A DNA stretch of 57,514 nt from the NCBI GenBank assembly GCA_002633005.1, contig NMRA01000111.1, positions 920,938 to 978,451 of the forward strand, in the 5' to 3' direction. The notes beneath the pieces were generated by a model. It made no database searches. It was not told the origin of the DNA and was given only the letters and a program-made list of their open reading frames with translations. The translations under genes and the position numbers were made by a program. Position 1 is the stretch's first letter; the number at the start of each line of letters is the position of its first letter. Shown piece by piece: positions 13,601 to 28,600 of the stretch. This stretch comes from Phoronis australis (Eukaryota > Animalia > Phoronida).

Positions 13601-16600
13601 TCAAATATGGACCAATCCTGAGGGTAACATCAGGTCAAAAGGACCGAGGGAGAAAATGTCGCCCAATTAGGCCGAAAGTCTTTTAAAGCTACACCTTGCC
13701 TTGTTTAGCCGCCACTTTAAACATAGTACGAGTAATCTAACCCAAAGAATTTCAGTGTTTAAAAGTTTTACTATGTTTAAGCAACAATGAAAATCGTAAC
13801 ACTAAACATTTTCCATTTAATAACGTACATCAAAACGTTGCTATTCCTAAGTAATGTATAAAAGTCCTAAATTCTGAAAAGCAACATAAGAAACAACACA
13901 CACTAAAATGTTTTTAAGCGCAACAGAACTGTACATCGGACCATGTTAGGAAGCCCCGGTCTTGGGAAACTTTTTTAAGAGTAATTCTTTTTCGGAGTAG
14001 TGGACCTTTGGAGTAGTGGGTTGTTACCATCAAACACAAATTTATCCACTACAGCACAGGCAATTCATTTAATTCATGAACTGGCAGTAGTGCTTTCTTA
14101 ATATTACTCCAGGTGTTAATTGCAATGCTTATACAACTACACAATGTTGCAGCGGGATGAGGGAGGTAATTCGCGTTCACGTTCGTGCACAATGTTTTAC
14201 AGGAACTCTACCGAATGCTGATCCATCTTATATCAAAGAATTTGCCAACGTTTATCCCCTCATCTCTCCTACTAACTTCCATGAAGTTTGTATAGCACCG
14301 GAGACACTAGATCTTGGATTCTCGCTTTCTTCAATGCAGTATCTATGTACATTGTAAGTTCCATCCTGTGTTTATCAGAAATATGTATTCTTAATACTGT
14401 ACATTCAGTGCATAGTGTTGTCCTTGGAAACCATCCAACACTTCTGTTTACATTTTTATGCGCCCACATATTTATATGTGGACGCATTATGCCGTCATCT
14501 CTGTCCGTCTGGCGTCCGTCCGGCGTCCGCTGCTCTATCTCCAAAACGCTTTGACGTACATTCATGAAATTTTGCACATATGTTCCTATCATAAAAGGGA
14601 CGGCATGAGCGAACTTTCGGACGGATCCGACTACCGATTTGCCCCCTAGTGGCAATTATAGTTTTTACGCTTACCTCTGTATCTTCAAAGGTCCTAAACG
14701 TATTTTCATAAAATTTGGGATATAGGCATCTATTGGTCAGATGACGCTATCCTCCCGTTTTCGGATGAATTCGATTTAGTTTGCGCCACCTAGTGGACAT
14801 TTTTTGCTGTTTTCGAGTCTGTTTTTTGGCGTCCACCCCTCTATCAACCAAACCGCTCTAAGGATGATTGTGAAAATTGGCATGTATGTTCTTATTATGA
14901 AGAGGACGGCTGACAATGATTTTCCGACAATTTCGAGTACTGTGGCGCCTCCAAGTGGCAGTTTTGTCTCTTTTTGCGCTCATGACTGTATTTCCTAAAC
15001 CGTTGGCAGGATCTTTACTAAATTCTGCAAGCGTATTTATATGATGTTGACAAGGGATGACGACAACTTTTTGACAGATCTGACTACTGGTGTGCCCCCT
15101 AGTGGCAATTTATGTTTTTACGTTTACCTCTGTATCTTCAAAGGTCCTCAATGGGTTATCAGAAACTTTGGAATATAGGCATTTATTAGTGAGAAAAATG
15201 ATATCCTCCCGCTTTTGGATGGATTTGACGTAGTTTGTGCCACCTAGTGGCCATTTTTACTGTTTTTTAGTCTGTTGTTGGGTTTCCACCCCCCTATCGA
15301 CCAAACCGCACTAAGGATGATAATGAAAATTGGCATGTATGTTCTTACTACGAAGCTGACGATGATTAAGCACTGACTTTGACTACTGTGGCGCCTCCTA
15401 GTGGCAATTTTGTTCTTTACGCCCATGGCTCTATCTCCTAAACGGTTTGCAGCATCTTTCCAAAATTTAGCAAGAGTATTTATATGATGTTAACAATGGA
15501 TGACCACTCTCGGACGGATCTGACAACCAGTGTGCCCCGTAGTGGCAATTTCCATTTTTAGGCTTACCTCTGTATCTTCAAAGGTCCTCAATGGGTTATC
15601 AGAAACTTTGGAATATAGGCATTTATTAGTGAGAAAAATGCTATCCTCCCGCTTTGGGATGTAATCGAGGTACTTTTACACCACGTAGTGGCCATTATTC
15701 CTGTTTTCTAGTCTTGTTTTTTTGGCGTCCACCCCTCGATCAACCAAACCGTTTTGAGGATGACTTTGAAATTGATATTTGGTTTATGTTCTCAGTGTGA
15801 AGAGGACGGTTGACAATAACGCATTCGACTACTGTAGCGCCTCCTAGTGGTAGTTTTGTTTTGGTCTGTGCCCATAGCTTCATCTCCTAAACTCCTTGCA
15901 GGATCTTTATTAAATTTAGTAATTGTTTTTATCTGAAGCTAACAACAGATGATGACGTCTTTCAGGCGGATGCAATGAAGGCTGTGTCCCAAAGTGTCAA
16001 TTTCATTATTTTTATTTTCCTTTGTTTCTTTGAAGTTCCTTGACAGATTTTTATGAAATTTGCTAAATAGCTTTCTATTAAAGAAGCGATGGCATGTACC
16101 CATTTTAAGATGGATTGGATGTTTTTTGCCCTCTTGTGACTATTTTTCTGAAAAAAATAAACAACCCTAGAAGCACTCCGTTTGCGGTGGATTCGTGGGC
16201 GCATTTCAACGCTCCGTGTTGCTCTTGTATGTTGCTTTGTAATATTTTATTGTGTGTGGTACCACAAGCTTTCAGTTCATGAAATACCTTGATATTGCAT
16301 GTGACAACATGGTGCATTGAAAAAATGGCCGGTTTTCAATCTTCCATTGGACTAAGTATACTTTCAGCTGAGGCTGGCTTAGTTAATGTTTTGCCCCCCC
16401 CCCTCTATGACTATGGTCACTCCGTTACTTGATAATCGCTATATACTGAGTAATTGCATAGCCAAAAGCTCAAAGAGCATCACTTGTATGGTGGTGGAAT
16501 GGTTATACATCTAGGTATTGACAAAATGGTGATTGTAGGGCTTGTTATGATACTGAATCGTAAAAGAACGTTTCAGTTCAAATCTGAGAAAATGGCGATT

Positions 16601-19600
16601 GTGTTAGTTATGGTAAACCAGGACACATTATCTTTTAACATGTTCCTAGGCCCTGCAAAATTACGGGTGGTACTCATTCGACCCAGGTAACAGATTCGAC
16701 GGAAAAGGTGCGAATTCGCGACCACGCTGCTCAGGAATGGGAGTCCATGTTAGTGAATAGAGCTGTTGAGTTAAAGAAAGGTGATTACTCGTTGTGGTTG
16801 TAAGTCAAGTGGCTAAGTAATATGGATATGGTTATATGATTAAATTAATTGAGCTAAAATAAAATACTTTTTGAGAAAAGCACAAGATGCAAAATAAAAA
16901 TACTAAGTCGCTTATCATGAATTAATTCACCATATATATGGATGTGATACAACAAGCAAAAAGATAGAACAAACCAAAAAAACCTATATAAGTGTAAAAT
17001 CAAAAAGGAAATCTAAATAAAGCAGTTATACATAGACCATGATAGAGTATGCCTTAAAGATACTATTTCCGCTTCATTTTTGTTATGCGCCCACACATTT
17101 TTAGGGGAGGCATTATGCCGTCATCTCCGTCCGTCGGTCCGGCGTCCACTGCTCTATCTCCAAAGTCCTTTGACGTACGTTCATGAAATTTTGCATTGTG
17201 TTCCTTTAATGGATGGGGCGGCATGAGGGAACTTTCGGACGGATCTGACTACCGGTGTGTCCCCTATTGGCAATTTTAATGTTTATCTTAAAGGTCCTCG
17301 ATGTATTTTCATAAAACTTGGCATATAGGCATCTATTAGTGGGATGACGTTATCCTCCCGTTTTCGGATGGATTCGACGTAGTTTGCGCCACCTAATGAC
17401 CATTTGTGCTGTTTTCGAGTCTGTCTTTTGGCGTCCATCCCTCTATCAACCAAATTGCTCTAAGGATGATTGTGAAAATTGGCATATATGTTCTTAGTAT
17501 GATGATTTTCCAATGATTCCGACTACTGTGGCGCCTCCTATTGGCATTGTTTTGTGACTGTATCTCCTAAATCGTTGGCAGGATCTTTACTAAATTTAGC
17601 AAGTATATTATATGATGTTGGCAACGGATGACGACAACTTTCAGACAGATGTGACTACCGGTGTGTCCCCTAGTGGCAATTTTAGTTTTTTTACGTTTAC
17701 CTCTTTATCTTCGAAGAACCTCTACGTATTTTCATAAAATGTGGCATATAGGCATCTATTAGTGAAATGACGCTACCCTCCTGTTTTCAGATGGGTTTAA
17801 CGTGGTTTGAACCACCAAGTGGCCATTTTTACTGTTTTTGAGTTTTTTGATATTCGCCCTCTATCAACCAAAGTCTCATAATGTTACCTTTGATCATTGG
17901 TGTTTTACTGGTTAGGCAGTTCATAATCATTAATTGCCCACATGTGCACGCATTATGCCCTCATCTCCGTCCGTCCGGTGTCCGCTGCTCTATCTCCAAA
18001 ACCCTTTGACGTACGTTTATGAAATTTTTTATATATGTTCATATCATAGATGGGACGACATGAGTGAATTTTCGGACGGATTCAACAACCGGTGTGCCCC
18101 CTAGTGGCAATTTTAGTTTTTGACGCTTACCTCTATATCTTCAAAAATCCTAAACGTATTTCCATAAAATTTGACATATAGGCATCTGTTGGTGAGATGA
18201 CGCTATCCTCCTGTTTTCAATGAATTTGACATAGTTTGCGCCACCTAATTGCCATTTTTGCTGTTTTCGAGTCTGTTTTTTAGTGTCCTTCCCTCTATCA
18301 AACAAACCGCTCTAAGTATGATCGTGTCAATTGACATGTATGTTTTTATTATAAAGAGGACGGCTGACAATGATTTTCCGACGATTTCGACTACTGTGGC
18401 GCCTCCTAGTGGCAGTTTTGTCTCTTTTTTTGCCCATGGCTGTATTTCCTAAACCGTTTGCAGCATCTTTGCAAAATTTAGCAAGTGTATTTATATGATG
18501 TTAACAACAGATGATAACAACCTTCTGACGAATCTGACTACCATTGTGCCCCCTAGTGGCAATTTTCATTTTTTAGCCTTACCTCTGTATCTTCAAAGGT
18601 CCTCAACGGATTATCAGAAACTTTGGAATATACGCATTCATTGGCGAGATGATGCTATCCTCCCGCTTTTGGATGGAATCGAGGAACTTTGCGCCACCTA
18701 GTGGCCATTTTACCTGTTTTCAAGTCTTGTTGTTTGGCGTCCACCCCTCGATCAACCAAACCATTCTGAGGATGTCTTTGAAAATTGGTGTATAACTATG
18801 TTCTCAGTGTGAACAGGACGGTTGACGATAACGCATTCGTCTACTGTAGCGCCTCCTAGTGGTAGTTTTGTTTTGTTTTGTTTTCGCCTATAGCTGCATC
18901 TCCTAAAATCACTACAGGATCTTTATTAATTTAGTAATTGTATTTATGTGAAGCTAACAACAGATGACTACGTTTTTCAGGCGTATTCAATGAAGGCTGT
19001 GTCCCAAAGGGGCAATTTCATTATTTTTTGTTTTCCTTTGTTTCTCTGAAGTTCCTTGACAGATTTTTATGAAATTTGGAAATAGCTTTCTATTAAAAAG
19101 CGATCGCATGTATCTATCTTCAGATGGATTGGACGTTTTTTTTCCTTAATGGATTTTCATGAAATTTGGTATGTAGGCAACTATTAGTGACATGACGCTA
19201 TCCTCCCATTTTCGGATGGATTCGATGTAGTTTACGCACTGCTAAAAGTTCAAAATAATCTATAGTCTCCTTCGTGTACAGTGTTGCTGGTAGGATACCG
19301 TAATTAAAACTTTTTCTGCATAGACTATAGTACATGGACCGCCAACTCCGTATATTTTCAGTGAACGAAATCTGTGATCTTACGCATTAGCCGTGACGTC
19401 ATTATTCACTAGCGACACCTGGCAATTTTTTTTACTTCTGGCAAGTACATCATCTGCTAATCATGCTGGTGTGGTGGGGTGCTAAAAGTATTCACGATAC
19501 CAACAGTTCTTTTTTTGAAAGCCTTTGAACAGAGTTTCAATGCCGAAATTATTATTTTTTCATTGTTGTGGACAATAAGATATATTCAAGGGTTTTACGT

Positions 19601-22600
19601 CACCATACTCTAACTGGAAACAAATTGGTAATTTAGGAGAGTGGCGCCTCTTCTATGATAGTACATAAGAAAATGCCGTAGTTGTGAAGCTGTTGTTTAT
19701 AATCTATGTTTTCACTGAGTTTTAGTATCTGACTCAATTTAAATCCGTTATTAATCATGTTTTGGTGTTACAAATGTTTTTCATATTCCGTTTCATTCTT
19801 TATTATTGTGTAAATTCAAACTTGTGACATTAAATTGCCTTAAGTAGTTGTAAAGCAGTTGTCGCATTGTGCACGCTCGTTTATAATCACATTACCGCCA
19901 GTTTTTCAGCAGTAATTTTGCTATGGATATGAACTTCTAAAAAATGTAATTTCCCGTTGACTTGTTTTCCAAGTATTTTGTACTTGCTGTCAATACCTTT
20001 TCTAAGATTTTTTTTATTTCAGTATAACAACAGAGATATCAGCAAACAAAGTATCATTTTAAATTATCGCAAAAAGTTTTTATTTTGGATGGTCGGTACC
20101 TGTGTTGTTCAAAGCAAAATAAAAATCTGAGACGCGATATTATTCTACTAATGGAGCATAACACAAGAGCACATTTTCAGGCTAATCGACCCACCCCGTA
20201 CAACTCATGAATATTTTTCAAAAGTGCTGCAAGTGTCAAAAATGAAAAGGTTTGAAAATGGCTGATAAAGACTTCTCTCAAACTTAAAATGCATTGAAGT
20301 CTTCCCAGACAAGTTACACATATGGCGTCTAAATGATAATGGAACTAGGCGCTACTGTTGCCATTTTGTTTTTGTTATAGGTGGTCATTTTGTCATCGAG
20401 GCAATGGGCATGGACAATCAAGGTAGATATAGTGGAAACTACCTCAGTAAAGTCGATATGTTTGCTAATTTCACAAGAGTATGGAAGAAGATGGAATTAG
20501 AAGGATTGATTAATGAGGTAGGCAAGCCAGCCATTATAACACGCATGTGCTTGGGCATTTTCTTTCACATACTTCGTGCTGTTTTAGTGAAATTCTATTA
20601 AAAATTGCTATTGGTATCTAATAGCTTCTGTTTCCAAATATCTAACTTAGTAAGATGATCTGGTGGTATTAAACGAACACATTTCCGATACTTTTGGAAA
20701 ATATTTTAGTTGTCCCTACCTCCCTTGTTCCTAGCACTCACCCTCAATACATGTCAGAATCTTACATGGATGTCAAACAACTAGTTAGGTGTACACATTA
20801 CTACTATCACACCTGGTAGTCAAACTGTCAAACTATCCCAAGAAAGAGTTGGTTAGTTGGCTGTCATCTAACATTCAATAGCTGTCTCACCTGGTGGTCA
20901 TATCGTAAAACTATCCAAAAGAAGAGTCACTTGGTTAGTTGGTTAATCCAACATCCCATAGCTGACCCACCGCGTTGTAAAATTGCAAAACTATGCAAAC
21001 AGAGATAGCAAGTGAGGCGGAGTTGATTGATGTCTGGGCTACAAGAGGGAGTAATGAGTTTAATTGGATGTAAACCATTTGTGTTCTTCGCAACAAAACT
21101 GTTACCTACTCGTAAAATGCCTTGTTATTTAGTAGATGGGCTTAGCTACTCGTATTTGTAGCAACAAATATAGTCTTATACACACACTTAATGCCTGTTA
21201 TTGACATGTAGTAGATGGGTAGGTAGTGTAGATGGGACCCAACTGCATGTCTGTTACATAAATCGGTTTTTGGCCACAGTAAGATTAAAAACGGGACGAT
21301 TGCCGCGCAAATAAAAAAGTTCATGTTCGGCCAACGTTTTGTCTATACATTAGACATCATCAGGATCATATTTACAAAGGACTGAGCCTCTGGCTAGTTT
21401 TCCACCGGATTATAAACCACAATTTTATCGTAGGAATGTGGACGATACATTTGTTGTGTTTTCATCCAAGAACTCAGTCAACACCTTTACAATCATATGA
21501 ACAATGTGCATCCGTCCATCAACTTCACCAGTGAATCTGAGCACGAGTCGTGTTTACTATACCTTTTCTAGATGTCTTGGCTAAACGTGAGAATAGTGCC
21601 GTTGGTACTCCTGTGTATCGTAAGCTTTATCTTAAATTTGATAGTTTTGTGGGGATCTAATACAAGAGAGGTCTAGCCCATTGCTTGTTACACCGTGCCT
21701 GGAGAATTTGTTCCACCAATTTAAGTTTTGATAGTGACTTAGCTTGGATTTTCCAGTTATTGCGTGCCAATGGTTACACTCTGAAATTTTTGAATAGCTG
21801 TAAAAGGCACTTCCTTTCAAACATGAATGATACAGATTTGGTAGCTGTTATTGGACCCGAGAAAAAGAAATTTATTCTTTTCTCTTGATTACACCGGGCC
21901 AAGTAGTATAAAACTGAAACGTCAATTATCTCGCCTTATTCATTGCATAGACCCAGCCATTGAACTGATAGTTGTTTTCAAACCTCTTTGGAAACTTTCC
22001 AATATGCTGTGTAAACTGAAGTCACCCATCCCTTTATTGAACAAGAGCAATTCTTTTTAGAAGGTTGAATGTGACAACTGCAAGGAATTCTATACCGGAC
22101 TCACACAGAGATACCTCTGTGACAGGCTGAAAGAACATCACACTTCAGAGAAAAGCAACATATATAGGCATTGTGTTTAGCAACAATCACCAAGCCAATT
22201 CAGTTAGTATTATCTTCAGAGAACTTAATAAGGCATTACTGTACATCAAAGAGTCATTGGCCATTCACAATCAGCATGCTACTGATTCTCTGAGTAACAT
22301 GCAGACCTCAGTGTCCCTGCAACTAAGGTGATGACCAACTACTGTCTGCATTCACTGTATCTCTCGACACTTCACTTTATGGATGTTACCTGAGCTGTAT
22401 GTTGGCGCTTGCTGTCTTTTGTAAACATGGTCCTGAAGATGTCTAATTAATAGACGAAACGTTGATTGAACAAGAACTTTTTTTATTTGTGCGACGATTG
22501 TCCGGTTTTTAGGCGCCCTATATGTGGACGCATTATGCTGTCATCCCCGTCCGTCCGTCCGGGCGGCGTCCGTCCGGCGTCCGCTACTCTATCTCCAAAA

Positions 22601-25600
22601 CCGATTGACATATGTTCATGAATTTTTGCACGTCTGTTGGTTTTACAGCTGGAACGGCATGAGCGAACTTTCGGACGGATCCGACCACCAGTGTGTCCCC
22701 TAGTGGCAATTTTAGCTTTTGACGTTTACCTCTGTATCTTCAAAGGTCCTCAATATATTTTCACAAAATTTGGTATATAGGCATCTATTAGTGAGGCGAC
22801 GGTAACCTCACGTTTTCGGATGGATTTGGCGTAGTTTGCACCACCTAGTGGCCATTTTTACTGTTTTCTAGTCTGCTTCTTAGGGTCCACCTTTCTATAA
22901 ACCAAACCGCTCTAAGTATGATTGCGAAAATTGGCTTGTATGTTCTTACTATGAAGACGACGGTTGACGATGATTTTCCAACGACTTCGACTACTGTGGC
23001 GCCTCCTAGTGGCAGTTTTTTTTGCGCCTATGGCTGTATCACCTAAACCGTTTGAAGGACCTTTATTAAGTGTATTTATATGATGTTAACAACGAAGGAC
23101 GACGACTTTTAGGCAGATCTTACTACTGGTGTGCCCCCTAATGGCAATTTTATTTTTTTACGTTTACCTCTGTATGTTTAAAGGTCCTCAATGTATTTTC
23201 ATAAAATTTGGCATACTGGCATACATGTATGTTAATGAAGTGACGCTATCTCTTCGTTTTCAGATGGATTTGATCTCGTTTGCACCACCTAGTGGCCATT
23301 TTTGTGTTTTTTGGCGTCCACTCGTCTATCAACCAAACTGCTTTCAGGATAATAGTGGAAATTGGCATATGTGTTTTTATTATGAAGTGGATGGCTGACG
23401 ATTATTTTCCAATGAGTTTGACTACTGTGGCGCCTCCTAGTGGGAGTTTTGTTTTTTTGCGCTCATGGCTGTATCTCCTAGTGTTTACAGGATCTTAACT
23501 TTATTTAGCAAGTGTATTTATATGATGTTGACAACAGACGACAACGATTTTCGGACGGATCTGACTAATGGTATGCACCCTAGTGGCAATTATAGTTTTT
23601 TACATTTACCAGTCTGTATCTTCAAAGGTCCTCAGATTTTCATAAAGTTTTGAATATAGGCATCTATTATCCTGTTTTTGGATGGAAGCGAGATATTTTG
23701 CGTCACCTAGTGGCCATTTTTGCTGTTTTCAAATCCTGTTTTTGGCGTCCACCCCTTGATCAACCAAATCATTCTAGGGATGGTTTTGAAAATTAGAGTA
23801 CGTTTTCTGTGTGAAGGGGAGCTTTGATGATGACGACTGTCTACTGTGGCGCCTCCTAGTTGTAGTTTTGTTTTTCGCCCATAGCTGTATCTCCAAAACC
23901 CACTACAGGATCTTTATTAAATTTAGTATGTGGATTTATATGAAGATAACATACGACGACTTTTTGGCGGTTCGAACGGACACTGTGCCCACAGGTGGCA
24001 ATTTCATTTTGTTCCGTTTTCCCTTATTTCTATGAAGTTCCTTGACGGATTTTTATAAAAAATGGCATGTTCCCGTTTTTGGATGGATTGTACATTTTTG
24101 TGCCATCTTGTAGCCATTTTTATGGTACAAATAAATAATCCTAAAAGCACACCATTTTCGATGCATTCGTAGGCACATTTCAACGCTCCGCGTTGCTCTT
24201 GTTTTGATAGTGGCAATTTTTATTTTTTTACGTTTACCGTTTTCGCTTTAATAAGCGCCCATGCCCCCATAAGCGCCCCCACGCATTTTCAGACTTTGCT
24301 AACATAAGCACCCTGTTCATGAACATTACCTACAGTTCTTAAATTCTACAGTAACGTCTTCAATTCATCAATAACATCCGACAGTCCTGAAAATATCATT
24401 GTGCGCAGAATTTGTAGACTACGAGCCTCATCGTTATGTTGGTATTTAGCCAGGACTATACAGCGTACTTGTCAAAAGGATTGCATTGTATCTTTCCCGT
24501 ACATATCTTCTCCCTCAACAGGAATCCAAATCTCTTTGTACAAGTGAAAACCGCGAATCGAAGACCGGGTAGCATAGCATCGGCAAGAATTAAATACTGG
24601 CACTTATTTCCGAAAGTTTCTAATACTCTAAAAATGCATTAATTTTACGGGGGAATTATCAAATTAGTCGTAATTGGTGTTTTAAAGTCAAAATGACCCA
24701 TTGATGGTAAACACTTCTGCACCCTTACACCCCCAAATCTCCCGAAAAATAACTGTTAGATTGTCACGCATCCAGTCACCCAGCGACTCAATGACATCGG
24801 CTTTATCGAGACAATTCTCAAACGTTTTTCAGCAGATGAGATCGACAAGTGCTAAATAAAACACGTTATGCTTTACTGCTTGTGTTAATTTTCATAGTTA
24901 CAACGCACTCCTAGATCGTAACATCGCGCTTACTCTGACAAGTACTCTGATGACACGCACGCGCTCGCTCTCTCACACAATATGCAGACGTACTTCAGAA
25001 CAAACATCAAGTGACAACAACGTGTGTTCGGCCAGAGATTTTTCTTGTGTTGCGGAGTACGATCTATCGCAGATTTGGACTTAATATGCAGTTAATCTTG
25101 CGCGCACCCAGGGGGATCAAATGACCCCCTCTGCATTTGGCGAAATAGGCAAAAAGATCCGCCCCTTAGAGGCAAGAAGTCCGACAAAATGGAACAAAAG
25201 TCCCAAAATAAGCGCAAACGCGCAATTCCGCAATTCGCAGTGGTGCTCCCATTTTTTTTAGTCCGTCCGCTCTTTTGTTACCAAAAGTTCCACAACGTCA
25301 GAAATTCGAGCCCCCCATGGTGGTGAAGGCTCGGTGCGCACATGTTAATCTCGACTCTGCAGGAATCTTACGTACGCTATTTTTAAAACTTAAGGACTTC
25401 AGGTAATTTGTTGAGTCGAAACTATATTTTTACTCAAGAATTCAAGTTGACCTATCGGCGATCACGAGGCAGCGACGCATCTGAGTCGGCGTGTTTTCGC
25501 ACTGGGATTTTCTGAAAAATGCTTGTTAGTTAACAACAAAGATTGATAGCAATGCTCTCCAATTTTGTAGAAATTCTGTCGTAGGTTACAGATGCGTCAC

Positions 25601-28600
25601 AGCGTAAATTTGATGAATTCTAGCTTACGATTTCACCTGTTTCGGAGACCAGGTTTCAACCACTTTTGGGATAGCACACCCCCCCTTCCTGAAACGAATC
25701 TTTCTAAGCGCCCTGGGCGCTTAATAGGGCAAATATGGTACCTCTGTATCTTCAAAAGTCCCCAACGGATTTTCATTAAATTTGGAATACATAGGAATCG
25801 TTTTTTTGCTGTTTTCGAGTGTTTTTTTGCCTTCCACCCCTCTATCAACCTAACTATTCAAGGATGATTTTACAAATTGTTGTTTGTAGTGAAGAGGGTG
25901 GTTGACGATGACAATTTTGGCTACTGTGGTGCCTCCGAGTGGTACTTCTGTTTTATTTTGAACCCATAGCTGTATCTCCTAAACCCACAGCAGGATCTTT
26001 ATTAAAATTAGTAAGTGTATTCATATGAAGCTAACAACAGACGACGACAACTTTCATGCGGACCCAACAAACGCTGTGCCCCTTAATGACAATTTCATTT
26101 TTTCCATTTTCCTTTGTTTCTCTGAAATTCCTTGACAGATTTGTATGAAATTTGGTAAATAGCTTTCTATTAAAGAAACTATGGCTTGATTCCATTTTTT
26201 AACGAATTGGATGTCTTTGTGTCATCTAGTGGCCATTTGAAGCCTGTTAAAGTTGCGTTCGTGGGCGCATTTCAGCGCTTCGCGTTGCTCTTGTTTAACC
26301 ATTTTCTGGATACCAAAAGGTGGCGTGTGCTTTGCAACTTTTGTTGATTGTCATCCAAGTAAGGTGTACACCTAACTACTTGGTTGACATCCTTGTAACA
26401 TTCTGATATAGCTATCACTCTCTGTCTCTCCTTTGACCCTTTTCATTCCTACACCCCCAAAATTGAATTTTGAAACAAAACTTTTCTTCACATAATTGTC
26501 AGTTCAGATGCCTTACAACATGAAACATTCATCCGTTTTAGGAGGAATTTTTGAACACCAATAACTTGCATTATGTTCGAACCGAAGAAGAATTCCGAGC
26601 ACCATTTGAAGACCCAAAATCTGCTGTGTACAAGAAAGGGCTACGACTGGTATCGTGCAAAATTAAATACGTTCTTTGCCCACAGCACGAGAGGTGGATT
26701 AAGGAAGAAAAGAAAGGTAAGACGATTTTGCGTATCGACTTATAACTGCAAAAACAATCAAAGAGGCCTTAAAGCTGATTCTGATTATCACACTGTGTAA
26801 ATATATTTCTGACAACTAAATCCCAGGAAGTTTCCCATGCACAACTTGCAGCTCGTAATGTACAACAATGTATTACGGAGGGAGAACATGAAGGAACTGT
26901 ATTACTAGTAGCAACTGTTAGCGGGCAAGCTATGTCAATGTTATTTAAGTATATTTCAAAATATCTGTTTAACGATAAATAACGATATAACTGCGCATCG
27001 CTCGATACGTGGGGATATTTTGATATATTTTAGTACCGACGCTCGTCATTTTAGTTTTACTAGTTTTGCTATTTTATATTTTTATTCGTCGGTAACTGCA
27101 CGGCACTGCAACATCTATTTGATAAATAACGAAGTTAGTAACATTGGTTCTGACAGCCATATCAAGTATGAGCTAATTTCAAAAGACCGTCATGAAAAAA
27201 ACGGCCTGTATGTCGTGTCTCAGTAATTCACTAAGGCTGATTTTAGTTGGATGCTGACGCTACGACGTATTATTTTCAATACAAAATACCACTGTATCGA
27301 AGCCGAACACTTTTTGACGAAGACAGACTATGGTCGTGTTAAGATTATGTAGGGACTTATCGACACGTCTGCGCATTTAACAAAATATCTAGAAAAGTAC
27401 AAATTTTAATTCAGTGAAAGGCTCCAAAATTTGATTTTTGACTTTTTAGGTAACTGTTATTAATTGAGTCACGTGACCATATCTTTATAGTAAAATTTAG
27501 CAAAAAAAAAAGATGGGAACATTGGTAGAAAAACAGCGGTATCAATCACAAGATCAAATTTTATTTCATATATATGTTCACGGTGAGATATAAAAATGCT
27601 GTTATAGTTTCAAAAATATTTTTTATTTTCGTTTTATCAACTTTAAAGATTTTTCACGAAACTCATAAAAGCATTATTTTTTGATAGCTCCTCATGCAAA
27701 AGTGGAACCTTGTTAAAACAATTCCTAACAGGCACTGTTTGAGAATTGTGCGTAAAGCATTGTATCATTCAGCCCTTTCTGAGACATAATGTTCCGAAGT
27801 TCGCCAAATTTGTCCATTCTTATAGGGTCCCACATAACCATAAAGGACTCCTATGGTGCCAGAATAACTATTTTTATAGCTAAAATACATATTTAAATGA
27901 AAAACATCAGCATACAGTATCATAGCATACCCCAATCGTTAATTAAGTTGGCCTATTGCTATGCAGCAACCCCATTAAGAACCCCATTTAACGCCAAAAA
28001 AACTTGAGTTGGCGTTCACACCAATCGAATAGTAGCAGCTTGGTGAACACTTAATATACAGCTTTGTGTCGTTGTGGGTAAAAAACTGACCAAGTAAAAT
28101 CTGACACAAAATTATTGTCAAACACTCTTCCTTCAGTAAACTAAATTATTTAGCGGTGTTGGAAAGATTGCCATTCTACTGTGACGAGCACAACTACCTA
28201 GGCTGTGTGAAAATTCAGGTTCTAATGGAGCTCAACACACAGGGATACCAAGGTGTATGTTGATGATAGTCTTCATACAGCTAGCTGGCTGGCTTCTTTG
28301 CACCAAGGCCAGAACAGATCTTGCTGCTCTTAGAATTTGTCATCAGTTCTTTGTTGTTGTGTAAACAAATCTATTCCATGCACGGTACATGACAAGGTCG
28401 GTGGAGAAGTTGTACTACGGTAATGTGTGCCATTGCCGCTTAATACACTGCTCCACCCGTACACTACACAAAACAGTATTTTAGCCCCGCGACCAATAAG
28501 CAGCCACGTCCAAGAAATGACACTCGGCTGTTGCGCAGTTAGGCTTCGTGGAAATTTCGTTGACACATCATCTGTACCACTTTACGCCATGTGGTTGAGA

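Larger units (their letters stand above)
24207..26295 (+). mobile_element. Helentron/DINE-like element copy 5 (3' part), split by a DNA transposon
   Basis: The core sequence cgttTA|cctctgtatc is interrupted at 24237-25738. 3' terminus gtgggcgcatttcagcgcttcgcgttgctcttgttt. Confidence 0.75.

Noticed and set aside
14272-24216. Many 60-130-aa ORFs within the CTAGTGG repeats
   Set aside because: They are chance frames in non-coding tandem monomers and are not conserved between copies.
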